Positions 41,819-52,220 of a stretch of 64,000 nt of DNA are shown piece after piece (position 1 is the stretch's first letter; every line of letters starts with the position of its first letter). The position numbers and the translations under genes were made by a program. The notes below the pieces were generated by a model. It was not told the DNA's origin, ran no database searches, and was given only the letters and a program-made list of their open reading frames with translations. Source of the DNA: Calditrichaceae bacterium (GTDB taxonomy: Bacteria; Calditrichota; Calditrichia; Calditrichales; JBFXGD01). Where the stretch lies: NCBI GenBank assembly GCA_050173015.1, contig JBFXLE010000003.1, positions 64,001 through 128,000 on the forward strand, read 5' to 3'.

Positions 41819-43179
41819 GACTCACTCCCTAATAACATTTTTACATTTTCCACATTTAATGTCCCAGCGGTAGAATGATAATCCAGGATGGCCATCAATT
41901 CCGCGTATATCAATTCTTTTTCCTGCATTTGTAAATCCAATAATTCTGTTTCCTGTGTCAGCAGTTCGCTGAGCGAGATCCTGCCGGTTTCATAAATTTT
42001 TCTTTGAGCAGTAACGGATGTCAGCTTATGCTCAACCGCTTTTGTTAAATATTGTCTTCTTACTTTCGCGCTTTTCCAACGGTCATAGGCAATTTTTAAC
42101 AATGCGGTTTGGGTCTGTTGAGCCGCTTTCAAATTTTCTTTTGCCGAAACCGTATATGCTTTTGCCGATTTTACCTTTGCAATTCTGCTGCCGCCCTCAA
42201 AAAGAGGCACACTCAGCGTGACACCGGCTACCCATTCGTCCGAAATATCAATTTCCGAGGGCGAAAAGTAGTTATACGCCGCAAACCCGCCTATCTCCGG
42301 AAGAAAACTTCTTTTGGAGAGTGAAAGCATGGCCTCAGATTTACCCAACTGAGCATGCGCGCGACGTACTTCAGGACCGGCATAATCGGAATAAATTAAA
42401 CTGGTATCCGGTAAGAGCGATGCCAAAGCATCATTTTCCGATGAATGGCTTTTCATATCCGTGAGAAAAGGCTGAACCGGATCATGTCCGCCAACAAGCT
42501 GGCCCAGATTGACATTCAGTTCGTATCCCTTCGACTCGATTTCAAGGCTATCAGCCTGAACAGATTCCAGGGAAGCCTGTAACAGAGCGATATCAGAATA
42601 TGAAACCCTGCCCTCGTCAAGAAGCAGCTTAAATTCATTGTATCTTTGTCTCAATATCCCCAGATGAGCGCCAACCAGATCTTCTTTGTCATTTAATTCC
42701 TGGGCGCTGATATATACACTGGCAACACTGTGAATGATGTTCAGTCTAACCGACTCTTCATTGATATCCCGTTCCCGGGCTCCTGCCCTGGCGGCATTTG
42801 TTTCGGCTAATGTTCTTCCTCCGCTGAATAAGGACATGGACAATTCAACAGATGCTTTATATATTTCATCATCCAGTTCCGGAAATCGGCCGGCCTCATG
42901 AATCGGTGTAACGGTGCTCGGTTTTTCATAGTGGGTATATCCCGCGTTCGCCCTCAGTTTCGGCAAAAATCCGCTTTTCGCGTCCCAAACATCCGCGCGC
43001 GCCGCCCTGCTCATCCCTTTCGCAGAGCCATAATAAGGATTCTGTTCCAGCGCCTGATCCAGCGCTGTGGATAGATTCATTCCATTCGGGGTGTCGGATG
43101 CGCTCAGCGCACCGGTAGAAGCAAAAATAATTGCAGCTCCCGCAATCACTGTTCTAATCGTTCGATTCTTCCGTACCAT
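41815..43179 (-). CDS. TolC-family outer-membrane efflux protein
   Basis: Signal peptide, ALEQNP, FLPKL, LSVPLFEGG. Confidence 0.9.
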   Translation of the reverse strand: MVRKNRTIRTVIAGAAIIFASTGALSASDTPNGMNLSTALDQALEQNPYYGSAKGMSRAARADVWDAKSGFLPKLRANAGYTHYEKPSTVTPIHEAGRFPELDDEIYKASVELSMSLFSGGRTLAETNAARAGARERDINEESVRLNIIHSVASVYISAQELNDKEDLVGAHLGILRQRYNEFKLLLDEGRVSYSDIALLQASLESVQADSLEIESKGYELNVNLGQLVGGHDPVQPFLTDMKSHSSENDALASLLPDTSLIYSDYAGPEVRRAHAQLGKSEAMLSLSKRSFLPEIGGFAAYNYFSPSEIDISDEWVAGVTLSVPLFEGGSRIAKVKSAKAYTVSAKENLKAAQQTQTALLKIAYDRWKSAKVRRQYLTKAVEHKLTSVTAQRKIYETGRISLSELLTQETELLDLQMQEKELIYAELMAILDYHSTAGTLNVENVKMLLGSES

Positions 43180-43231
43180 ATTACCCTCTAATCGTTTATA
43201 TTTTTAATCTGAAATGATTGATAAAATTTAT

Positions 43232-43281
43232 ATTAGTTATCGTTCACTAACAAATATATAATAGATGTTTTCATTTGTCAA
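43232..43281 (-). promoter_or_regulatory. Sigma70 promoter with palindromic operator (copy 5) of the tolC-MFP-RND operon
   Basis: Minus strand TTGACA-N17-TATATT; operator ATTAGT-TATCGTTC-ACTAAC (43232-43251), 1 nt downstream of the -10. Confidence 0.7.
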
Positions 43282-43747
43282 TACCCCTTTCTAATTTTTT
43301 TAACAAATTAATTATTATAACAATTGGTTTAATAAAAAAATAAAAGAAATTCTAATTTGTAATTCTATATATTTCAATATCTTATAACATATTTATCTAA
43401 ATTTAGTCCAGGTAAAATACTCCATCGACGAGATGCGGCCGAAACTGGCTTAACGCATTTTAAAAACCGGAAAATATCAATGCGATTTTTTTTACATATA
43501 AATAGCTACAACCTTGTAGAATATAGGGTATTCAGTTGAAATATACAATCCGGTTTTTAATATATTTTCGGGTAATCTTTTTCTGTAATGATATTTTATT
43601 TTACGGAACATGATCATATGATTAATAAAATGAGAAGTACCGATTATTATTTTTAGTTTATACTACTTTTGATTAAATTATGATTTTTTATTAATCGTTC
43701 AGGCTCCGGGGCCGATTTGATCATGCCGGAGGTAAGAAGAGGGACAA

Positions 43748-44926
43748 ATGAGCGAGAACAGCCCGGAAACACATTATTCTCATCTTTTTTTTAATAAAAA
43801 TCTCCAGGTCATTTATTCAGTTACCCTGATCGCCGTGATGGGTGTCGCCAGCATCACTCCGGCCTTTCCCAGGATAATCGGGTATTTTAATATCTCTTCC
43901 CACCAGATCGGATTACTAATAACCGTTTTTACCTTCCCCGGAATTATTCTTGCCCCTGTTTTTGGTATTTTAGCGGACCGGCTGGGCAGAAAAAAAATAC
44001 TCATCCCGTCTCTTTTTTTGTTTGGGATCTCCGGATTTAGCTGCGCTTTTATCAGTGATTTTAATTTGCTCCTTCTAATGAGAACAATTCAGGGAATGGG
44101 AGCCGCGTCTCTTGGCGCACTCAATGTTACACTTATTGGTGATTTATTTACGGGAAAAGACCGGTCTGCGGCGATGGGCTATAACGCCAGTGTTCTTAGC
44201 ATCGGTACAGCGTCATATCCGGCAATCGGAGGAGCGTTGGCCCTGTTTGGATGGAATTATCCTTTCATCCTTCCGGTTCTCGCGATTCCCGTTGGACTGC
44301 TTGTGATATTTGGTCTAAATAATCCCGAACCAAAACGATCCCAATCGTTTAATGATTATTTGTCCAGTATTCTTAAGAGCGTAAGAAAGAAGCAGGTCCT
44401 GATCTTGTTTATACTTAGTATTATCACATTTATTCTGATTTATGGATCGTACCTGACCTATTATCCGCTTCTGATATCTTTTAAATTTAAAGCATCTTCT
44501 CTTGTTATCGGAATTATTATGTCCGTAATGTCTGTCAGTACAGCCCTTACATCGTCTCAACTCGGTAAACTCACAAAAAAATATTCTGAAAAACATCTTA
44601 TAAAAGTGGCTTTCATCCTGTATACTCTGGCACTTTTTTCTATCCCGTATCTATCGAATATATATCTGTTATTAATACCTACTATCATATTTGGCATCGC
44701 GCAGGGTTTAAATCTGCCCGGCATTCAGACATTACTTGCCGGTCTGGCCCCTATTGAGCACCGCGCCGCGTTTATGTCCATTAACGGCATGGTCCTTCGC
44801 CTCGGTCAGACAATCGGTCCTCTTTTGATCGGCGTTTTTTTTAGCATTTGGGGTATCGATGCAGCCTATTTTAGCGGAGCGGGACTGGCATTTATCACCT
44901 TTATTTTGACAATATTTCTGCTATAA
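43748..44926 (+). CDS. MFS transporter (drug:H+ antiporter-like)
   Basis: 12 TM; motif A GILADRLGRK. Confidence 0.88.
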   Translation: MSENSPETHYSHLFFNKNLQVIYSVTLIAVMGVASITPAFPRIIGYFNISSHQIGLLITVFTFPGIILAPVFGILADRLGRKKILIPSLFLFGISGFSCAFISDFNLLLLMRTIQGMGAASLGALNVTLIGDLFTGKDRSAAMGYNASVLSIGTASYPAIGGALALFGWNYPFILPVLAIPVGLLVIFGLNNPEPKRSQSFNDYLSSILKSVRKKQVLILFILSIITFILIYGSYLTYYPLLISFKFKASSLVIGIIMSVMSVSTALTSSQLGKLTKKYSEKHLIKVAFILYTLALFSIPYLSNIYLLLIPTIIFGIAQGLNLPGIQTLLAGLAPIEHRAAFMSINGMVLRLGQTIGPLLIGVFFSIWGIDAAYFSGAGLAFITFILTIFLL

Positions 44927-45331
44927 TTGGTTTCTTCAACTAAATTCAAGATGATAATATCATACACATATCTACTTAACGATTCCCCAAAAAATAATTT
45001 TTCGAAAACCGGCTTTTTTTTATAAAAACCTGATGATTTGTCAAAAATATACTTAAATTGTGTATCGAATCCCGGAAATTGAAAACGAGTAAATATTCCA
45101 GGTTAAAATATAGTTTGAAGGTATGTTCAAATAGAGCATCATTCAATAAGTAAGGGAATGCCCGGGGAATTTGAAAAGAATCGGACATCCGGATACGCTC
45201 AACAACCGTTAAGCGCATTTTTCCGATCGACATAACGACATGTTCATCATAAATTTATTACCGGACAGAGCACAATTTTACCGGAATAGCAAAATCAGAT
45301 TTTTTGACAAGTATCTTCCCGGAGGTCTTTA

Positions 45332-48300
45332 ATGGCGACTGCAAGAAAATTCGGCACTTTTGGAGGTGTTTTTACACCTTCTATCCTGACTATTCTCGGT
45401 GTGATCATGTACCTTCGCCTCCCCTGGATACTTGGACAGGCAGGACTTTATACAACTCTCGGAATCATTCTGATTGCTCATCTTATCTCGGTAACAACAG
45501 GCTTAAGCATTTCTTCAATTGCCACTGATAAAAAGGTAAAGGCAGGAGGAAATTACTATCTCTTGTCGCGCAGTCTTGGGCTGCCGATCGGAGGAACGCT
45601 TGGTATCGCCCTGTTTGTCGGACTTTCATTGAGCGTTAGTTTATACATTATCGGATTCTCAGAAAGTTTTCTTGGTTTTATAGGTATCGAAGTTACAAAG
45701 AATACAATAAGAATAGCCGGCACCATCGCGCTTGTCAGCATTACAGTGATTACCTTAATAAGCACCTCCCTGGCAATCAAAACACAGTATATCATCATGA
45801 CCGCGATGGTGCTTTCGCTTATATCGATATTTTTTGGCGGCACTTCTTCGGAGCCGGCTCAACCTGTTCTTAAATCACTCGAAACCAGCGCCCCTCTAAT
45901 GGTACTTTTCGGCATCTTCTTTCCTGCCGTAACCGGATTTGAAGCGGGTGTTTCAATGTCAGGTGATCTGAAAGATCCTAAAAAATCAATACCGGGCGGA
46001 ACAATCACAGCCGTAGTAACAGGTCTTACTGTTTACATAATTTTGACCATCTTTCTTGCCTACCGCGTAGATGCTGAATCACTTGTGAATAATCCCAATA
46101 TCCTTCTTGACATATCATTCTTCTCCCCTCTCGTGCTTGCGGGTATCTGGGGAGCGACTATTTCATCGGCCCTCGGAAGCATCCTTGGCGCGCCCCGCAT
46201 TCTTCAGGCGACATCGGTTGACAGAATCACGCCAAAGTTTTTCGAGAAGGGCTATGGGAAGGAAAACGAACCGCGAAACGCGCTCTTACTCACATTTATT
46301 TTAGCTGAAGCGGGCATCCTTTTGGGTGAACTGAATCTAATAGCAAGAATTGTTTCCATGTTTTTCATCACCACCTATGGCTTTTTAAACTTGAGCTGCG
46401 CGATTGAAAACTGGGCCAGTAGTGACTTTCGGCCTTCATTTAAAGTACCTACCTGGATAAGTGTGATCGGTTCAGTTGCCGCTTTTTTTGTAATGATAGA
46501 GCTGGATGTAATGGCTCTTGTCGTCGCATCGCTTATCCTGGGTATAATATTTATAGCGCTAAAAAGGAGAGAACTTACTCTTGAATCCGGTGATACCTGG
46601 GAGGGAGTCTGGTCATCAATGGTTCGAACCGGTCTTCAAAAACTCAACCGCTCCGACCGTCACGCGAGAAACTGGCGCCCGAATATCATTTTATTCAGTG
46701 GCGGTACCGGCACTCGTCCGCATCTGGTGGAATTTGGACAATGGCTGGTTCATAAACGCGGGATTCTCTCAAATTTTGATCTTGTCGAGAACCCCGGGGC
46801 AAAAGCGTTATTCCCGGAAATGGGACATGATATAAAAGACAGCGAGGGAGAATTCTCCGGAGTTTTCAAAAGACGTATCGAATGTCAAAATATTTACGAA
46901 GGTATAGAAACCATTTCAAAAATTTACGGATTTTCCGGCATTGATCCAAATTCTATCATGATGGGCTGGGCCCGGAATTCAAAAAGCCCGGGTAAATTTG
47001 CTGAATTGATAAACGAATTCAACACGCTTGATTATAATGTACTCATTCTTGATTATGATAAGGAAATCGGCTTCGGGAAAAAACAAAACATCGATATCTG
47101 GTGGCGTGGAGGAAGCAATAACGCCGCGCTTGCTATGACGATGGCAAAATTCCTGCTTTCAGCGGAAGAATGGCATGACGCGCGTGTCAGAATTTTAATT
47201 GTAGTCAATGACAGCGCTCTGATTAACAAAGTATATAAAAACATGAATTTAATTTTAGAAGAACAGCGTTTGGACGCCAGGGTAAAAGTCATAAATAACG
47301 CTATCGAAAAACGAAAGTTTGAAGAAATTATCAAGGTGGAATCAGTCGATGCTGATTTATCGATTCTTGGAATCCCCGGTTTAGATGACAAAAATATTGA
47401 AGATTTTGTTACGGTTACCAATTCACTTTTGGATACTGTTGGAACAGTGCTCCTTATTCAGGCGGCCTCATTTTTTAAACCACTGTTCATCGGTATCGAA
47501 AAGACAGGTCCCGAGACTCAGAATCTTGAACTCTCTGTAGGAGAGAAATATAATTTACCCGATCTTAACCTCCCGGAAAGCGGAATTCTTTCGAAAACAG
47601 TGTCCGGTTTATCAGATCAGATCGAAAAAGAAATCCATGAATTTTTCAGCGCTTTTTTTAAAGATTTTTCGGATTCCGAGATCGGGTTCCTTACCAAACT
47701 TAATAATTTTATTGAACGGTATTTTGACAGTCTGGAAAATGCATTTACCGACAATAAACCCCTTCGTTTTCAAAAACTATTAATGCGGGTTCAAAGCGAT
47801 TATTTATTTCATTCCCGGCGCCTTCTGGATGAATTCAAATCAGAAATTCCGACGGAGCAAAAAGAGAATATTGAACAGGGACTTGATCTTTTTCTCAAAC
47901 AATTAGACACGTTGGCTGAAAACGTTTCATCAAGAGTTGGTGTTACTTTTGAGCCGTTTGAACTAAACGCTTCCGCGGATGATTCATTTCAAATCCGGAT
48001 GATGAAAATGAAAAAACGAATCATCTACCGTTTATCAAAAAAACCAATTGTCTTAAACATTGATTTAAAATTACTTGTAGAATATCATATTTTAACTGTT
48101 TTCCTAAAAAAATTATATTCTCAGCTTGATAAGACGGGAATTGAAAGATACCGCCGCATATCTGATTTACAAAAACTTTTCAACCGGATCAGGGATTCTA
48201 TAAACACGATGGAGGAAATGGCAAACAACAGGCAATTGGATGTGAATTTTATAAAAGACGAAAAGGCAAAAATATTAAAACAAGTAAAGAATTTAATAGC

Positions 48301-50473
48301 TCGGTCAGAGCAGCAATTCAGTGATTTCAGAATGGAGCTGCTGCTTCAAAATCGTGTTATCATGCAGAATATTATTTCCAGTTCAATTACAATAGACGCG
48401 GGCCGGCGTCTTAAAAAAAGATTTAAAATATCAAAATCCGATCTAAAAATAAAAGAACAAATTCTTGAGGTTCCGGCATCTTTATCAAAAAATACGGAAT
48501 TGGTGGTAAACTTTGCGTTGATGGATTTGATTTTGATGGCTTTACAGTACAGATTCAGGATAATCGTTACAAAACAGATTACTGAAATTCGGGCATCTGT
48601 GGAAAACAGACTTATAAGTAGTCTGTCAGAGCTCGAATCGGATATTAAAAACATCAAAAGCAATAAGGAACCAGAAACCGGATCTTTGATATCATGGTCA
48701 CTCGATCCGGAAGAAATTATTGATAACAGATCTGTTATTGATGAATTGGTTTCAGATATCAGAAGCGCGATCGATGAAATCCCTGAGACCGTAGATATCA
48801 TCGCCGAAAACTCCTTTCAGAATATCGAAATCAATCAATTCGATGAAACCGAAGTGGTTTCGATTTACCTGCAGCGTCTTATGGATTACCTGGTTGAGAA
48901 AGATTTTCTAACGCCGTTTAGAAAAGAGATATCATCACTTCCGATCGAATTCAGGCAGGCTGTTGGCACCGCCAGGGATGTCGTCCGTCTCATTTCTTTT
49001 AATATCTCATCATCCGGTACATCAGAGGAAACCGGAATTGATGATCTGCATGACCCCATTGAAACGATCATTGAAAAAAGTATTCAAAGAATAATCAGCG
49101 AGAGAGAGAAAATATCAAAAGATATTCAAAAAATGGAAGATTCATTATGGGGGCATTTAAACAAAACCTTTTCATCCATGAATCCTTATCTCGTCACACG
49201 TGAGATCGGGCATCTGGGTCAGTATATCAGACAGGAAGAAAGCCGGAAAGTCTTGTCCCAGGTTCAGGCCGTGAGGGAAACTGTAAAGAAGACTTTCAGA
49301 GACACTCTGATCCGGATGCTTTACAGTCAAAGCGAAGGGGTTCTGTTCGCGCGGAAGTTTACGGAGAAAGAATTCGCATATCCCGGGAGCATCAGCACAG
49401 TGATAAATATTGTTGAAAAAGTATCACCGCCCCCCGCAGTCATCAAATCGCTTCCTTTTTACTATAAACAATTATTTGTCGGCAAACATTTTATCGGACG
49501 TGAGTTCAGAATAAACCGCCACACGGAGATGAAAACCGCGGAGAAGGCGGTGAGCAGATATAAACAGGGGTTCAGCGGAGGCATTCTCATAACAGGAGAG
49601 CCGGACGCCGGAAAGTCGAGTCTGTCTAACGCAATCGCCACAAAATTTTTCGCTCACGAGAAAGTATTCCACATCTTTCCGCCGGAAACAGGCAGCATCG
49701 CTCCGGATGTCTTCACCACTCACCTGAACAGAATTTTACAAACTCAAGGCGAACCGGCTGAAATTTTTGATACCATGCCCGCGGGCAATGTATTTATTTT
49801 TAATGATCTCGAATTATGGTGGGAACGCAGTAGCAACGGATTTGTATTGGTTGATCAGATCATGAATCTGATTGATAAATTCGGCAGGAGACACTTATTT
49901 ATAGTGAATACAAATACTTACAGTCTTCGTTTTATTAACAAAATAAAACAGATTGATAATCATTTTATCAGCATTATCGAATGCACTCCTTTTGACACGG
50001 AGGATATTAAAGAAGCACTTCTCATGCGTCACCGGTCAACGGGATTCAAATTTCAACTAAACAACCACTTTGAAGACAATATTTCTGAATTCAAACTGGT
50101 GCGTTATTTTAACAAATTATTCGATTATTCCAATGGCAATATAGGCACCGCGCTACAGGGCTGGTTCAGTCATATCGACAGCGTTGCCGGTAATATACTT
50201 ACCCTTCGCGATCCGGAGCGTCCGGATTCAGACGCATTTAACAAACTTGATCCGGAATGGCTGGTATGGCTTATTCAATTTATTATTCATAAACGGCTGA
50301 CCATTGAGAAGCTGGTAAGAATTTTTAACACCGATCCGGAAAAAGTCCGGACTAAAATCGAACTTTTTAAACGTTCAGGTTTAGTTACGGAGATTCAGAC
50401 GAATCAGCTCGAGCTCAATCAGTATCTCCAACCGTTTATAATTCGACAATTTATAGAAATGGAGATTTTATGA
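45332..50473 (+). CDS. Cation-chloride cotransporter (SLC12/APC)-like permease with a long C-terminal helical region and P-loop NTPase
   Basis: KFGTFGGVFTPSILTILGVIMYLR, GGNYYLLSRSLG, FFPAVTG...SGDLKDP, NWRPNII, IDIWW; Walker A GEPDAGKS at 49595-49618. Confidence 0.85.
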   Translation: MATARKFGTFGGVFTPSILTILGVIMYLRLPWILGQAGLYTTLGIILIAHLISVTTGLSISSIATDKKVKAGGNYYLLSRSLGLPIGGTLGIALFVGLSLSVSLYIIGFSESFLGFIGIEVTKNTIRIAGTIALVSITVITLISTSLAIKTQYIIMTAMVLSLISIFFGGTSSEPAQPVLKSLETSAPLMVLFGIFFPAVTGFEAGVSMSGDLKDPKKSIPGGTITAVVTGLTVYIILTIFLAYRVDAESLVNNPNILLDISFFSPLVLAGIWGATISSALGSILGAPRILQATSVDRITPKFFEKGYGKENEPRNALLLTFILAEAGILLGELNLIARIVSMFFITTYGFLNLSCAIENWASSDFRPSFKVPTWISVIGSVAAFFVMIELDVMALVVASLILGIIFIALKRRELTLESGDTWEGVWSSMVRTGLQKLNRSDRHARNWRPNIILFSGGTGTRPHLVEFGQWLVHKRGILSNFDLVENPGAKALFPEMGHDIKDSEGEFSGVFKRRIECQNIYEGIETISKIYGFSGIDPNSIMMGWARNSKSPGKFAELINEFNTLDYNVLILDYDKEIGFGKKQNIDIWWRGGSNNAALAMTMAKFLLSAEEWHDARVRILIVVNDSALINKVYKNMNLILEEQRLDARVKVINNAIEKRKFEEIIKVESVDADLSILGIPGLDDKNIEDFVTVTNSLLDTVGTVLLIQAASFFKPLFIGIEKTGPETQNLELSVGEKYNLPDLNLPESGILSKTVSGLSDQIEKEIHEFFSAFFKDFSDSEIGFLTKLNNFIERYFDSLENAFTDNKPLRFQKLLMRVQSDYLFHSRRLLDEFKSEIPTEQKENIEQGLDLFLKQLDTLAENVSSRVGVTFEPFELNASADDSFQIRMMKMKKRIIYRLSKKPIVLNIDLKLLVEYHILTVFLKKLYSQLDKTGIERYRRISDLQKLFNRIRDSINTMEEMANNRQLDVNFIKDEKAKILKQVKNLIARSEQQFSDFRMELLLQNRVIMQNIISSSITIDAGRRLKKRFKISKSDLKIKEQILEVPASLSKNTELVVNFALMDLILMALQYRFRIIVTKQITEIRASVENRLISSLSELESDIKNIKSNKEPETGSLISWSLDPEEIIDNRSVIDELVSDIRSAIDEIPETVDIIAENSFQNIEINQFDETEVVSIYLQRLMDYLVEKDFLTPFRKEISSLPIEFRQAVGTARDVVRLISFNISSSGTSEETGIDDLHDPIETIIEKSIQRIISEREKISKDIQKMEDSLWGHLNKTFSSMNPYLVTREIGHLGQYIRQEESRKVLSQVQAVRETVKKTFRDTLIRMLYSQSEGVLFARKFTEKEFAYPGSISTVINIVEKVSPPPAVIKSLPFYYKQLFVGKHFIGREFRINRHTEMKTAEKAVSRYKQGFSGGILITGEPDAGKSSLSNAIATKFFAHEKVFHIFPPETGSIAPDVFTTHLNRILQTQGEPAEIFDTMPAGNVFIFNDLELWWERSSNGFVLVDQIMNLIDKFGRRHLFIVNTNTYSLRFINKIKQIDNHFISIIECTPFDTEDIKEALLMRHRSTGFKFQLNNHFEDNISEFKLVRYFNKLFDYSNGNIGTALQGWFSHIDSVAGNILTLRDPERPDSDAFNKLDPEWLVWLIQFIIHKRLTIEKLVRIFNTDPEKVRTKIELFKRSGLVTEIQTNQLELNQYLQPFIIRQFIEMEIL

Positions 50474-51228
50474 AACAGATATTTGAGCTACCGCTCTCTC
50501 AATTCGCCATCATAAAAGTTCTGATATTTGCTTTTGCTCTTTTTCTTATTATTAAACTGTTTGAGCGGATTGCAAAAGTTGTCTTTGTAAAGCGAATCTA
50601 CCGGTTATATTTTCAGCGGTACTACCCGATTCTGGAAACGGTTGTTTGGCTTCTTTTTGTCCTGTGGAGTATTGATCAGATTTTTAAGGACCGTTTATAT
50701 TACTCTGTTGCCCTTATTCTTATCATCCTGGTCACTCTTGTATGGATATCCTGGTTTGCGGTCCGGGATTTTATCGCGGGTATCATTTTTAAAGCGCAGG
50801 ATGTCTATGAAGCGGGACAATGGATTAAAATTTCTGAAATTGAGGGCCGTTTAAAAAGCATCGGATATCTATCACTGGAGATTGAAATCGAAAGCGGTGA
50901 AATTATAAAGTTTCCTTACAGTAAAATAACGGGTGTGATCCATTCAATAAGCGACCCTGAAGAACATTCCAATCATCACCGCTTCGAAATCGAACTAAAC
51001 CGGGCAAACAGCCTGAAAGAAAATGTTGAACTGCTTCGGCGGATCATATTAAATTCGCCCTGGACTTTATTGACAAAAGCTCCGCAAATACAGTTGCTCG
51101 AAGAAAACGAAAATCATTTTGTATTTGAAATATTTGTGTATTCTATCAGCAAGGAATTCTTCAGACACATTGAGAATGATGTAAAATCCTCGGCCGCGGA
51201 AGTCGGGTTGTCAGGGGTAAAAAATTGA
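50470..51228 (+). CDS. MscS-family mechanosensitive channel-like protein
   Basis: Three TM, then RDFIAGI...YEAGQWIKI..IEGRLKSIG; ATGA overlap with the transporter gene. Confidence 0.75.
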   Translation: MKQIFELPLSQFAIIKVLIFAFALFLIIKLFERIAKVVFVKRIYRLYFQRYYPILETVVWLLFVLWSIDQIFKDRLYYSVALILIILVTLVWISWFAVRDFIAGIIFKAQDVYEAGQWIKISEIEGRLKSIGYLSLEIEIESGEIIKFPYSKITGVIHSISDPEEHSNHHRFEIELNRANSLKENVELLRRIILNSPWTLLTKAPQIQLLEENENHFVFEIFVYSISKEFFRHIENDVKSSAAEVGLSGVKN

Positions 51229-51278
51229 TTGCGGCCAGGTAAAATGTATGCCGGAAAAATTAAACACTCAGGAATAAA

Positions 51279-52217
51279 TTGAATTTTGTCAAGCACATTG
51301 AAAACAGCAATCAGATACAATACGACCTTTGCATTGCCTCTGACTGGACATATGACGAGGACTTCGTTTCCCTTTTGGAAACTTACGCCAGACAGAATAG
51401 CCTGTCTACCTATATTGTAAGACTTCATAATCTTGATGAAACAATTTCCCTGCTGAAGGGAAAGCGGTTGCATTTTCGGTATTTTTTTGACCGCGCTTCC
51501 GATACTTCTCCTGAATTTCTAAACTTACAGTACTTATTTTCAAAACAGGATTTACCCGTTTTTGAGACCAAGGCTCAGTTAGAATGGGCGTCAGATAAAT
51601 CGACAATGCATCTCGAGTTCATTTCAAATGGTCTAAATCTTCCCTACACTATTATACTGCCTTCATACAGAGAAACCGCGGACGTAAAATTGTCACTGAC
51701 TGATCTTACGAATCTCGGCAGACCGTTTATTATAAAACCGGCGAATACGACCGGCGGAGGTATCGGCGTGGTTAACGGAGCAGAGACTTTACAGGATGTC
51801 ATAGCGGCTCGACTGGAATTTGAATATGATAAATATCTTCTTCAGGAAAAAATTATCCCCGCGGATATTGACGGTAAAAGATTCTGGTTCAGAGGATTTT
51901 ATGCCTGCGGTGATATTTTCCTGTGTTGGTGGAATGATATTAGTCACCGTTATGAGATCATGAATCCGAATGATGAGGAAAAATATAATTTGCGAGCGAT
52001 GTATTCGATCATTGAAAAGATCGCGGAAATTTGTAAATTAAATCTGTTCTCAACCGAAATTGCCATGAATAATGAGGAAAAATTTATTATTGTGGATTAT
52101 GTGAATGAATCCTGCGATATGCGTCTTAAATCTAAACATTTTGACGGAGTACCTGATCTTATTGTTCATCAAATAGCAGAACGACTGACACAATTTATCG
52201 GAAATAAGCTGGCTTAG
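51279..52217 (+). CDS. ATP-grasp fold hypothetical protein
   Basis: SDK, PFIIKPANTTGGGIGV, LLQEKI, IVDYVNE; TTG start. Confidence 0.7.
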   Translation: MNFVKHIENSNQIQYDLCIASDWTYDEDFVSLLETYARQNSLSTYIVRLHNLDETISLLKGKRLHFRYFFDRASDTSPEFLNLQYLFSKQDLPVFETKAQLEWASDKSTMHLEFISNGLNLPYTIILPSYRETADVKLSLTDLTNLGRPFIIKPANTTGGGIGVVNGAETLQDVIAARLEFEYDKYLLQEKIIPADIDGKRFWFRGFYACGDIFLCWWNDISHRYEIMNPNDEEKYNLRAMYSIIEKIAEICKLNLFSTEIAMNNEEKFIIVDYVNESCDMRLKSKHFDGVPDLIVHQIAERLTQFIGNKLA

Positions 52218-52220
52218 TAT

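Noticed and set aside
126-42324. Many short plus-strand ORFs (and minus-strand ORFs beyond 43.7 kb) in the ORF track
   Set aside because: They are antisense or out-of-frame shadows of well-supported genes, with no recognisable motifs
43290-43740. AT-rich divergent intergenic region as a possible origin or island boundary
   Set aside because: No DnaA-box array, att-like repeats, tRNA or integrase seen
44930-45330. Possible riboswitch or small ORF (44976..45233) upstream of the CCC transporter
   Set aside because: No recognisable c-di-AMP or other riboswitch consensus by eye; ORF has no motif. An Infernal search would be decisive
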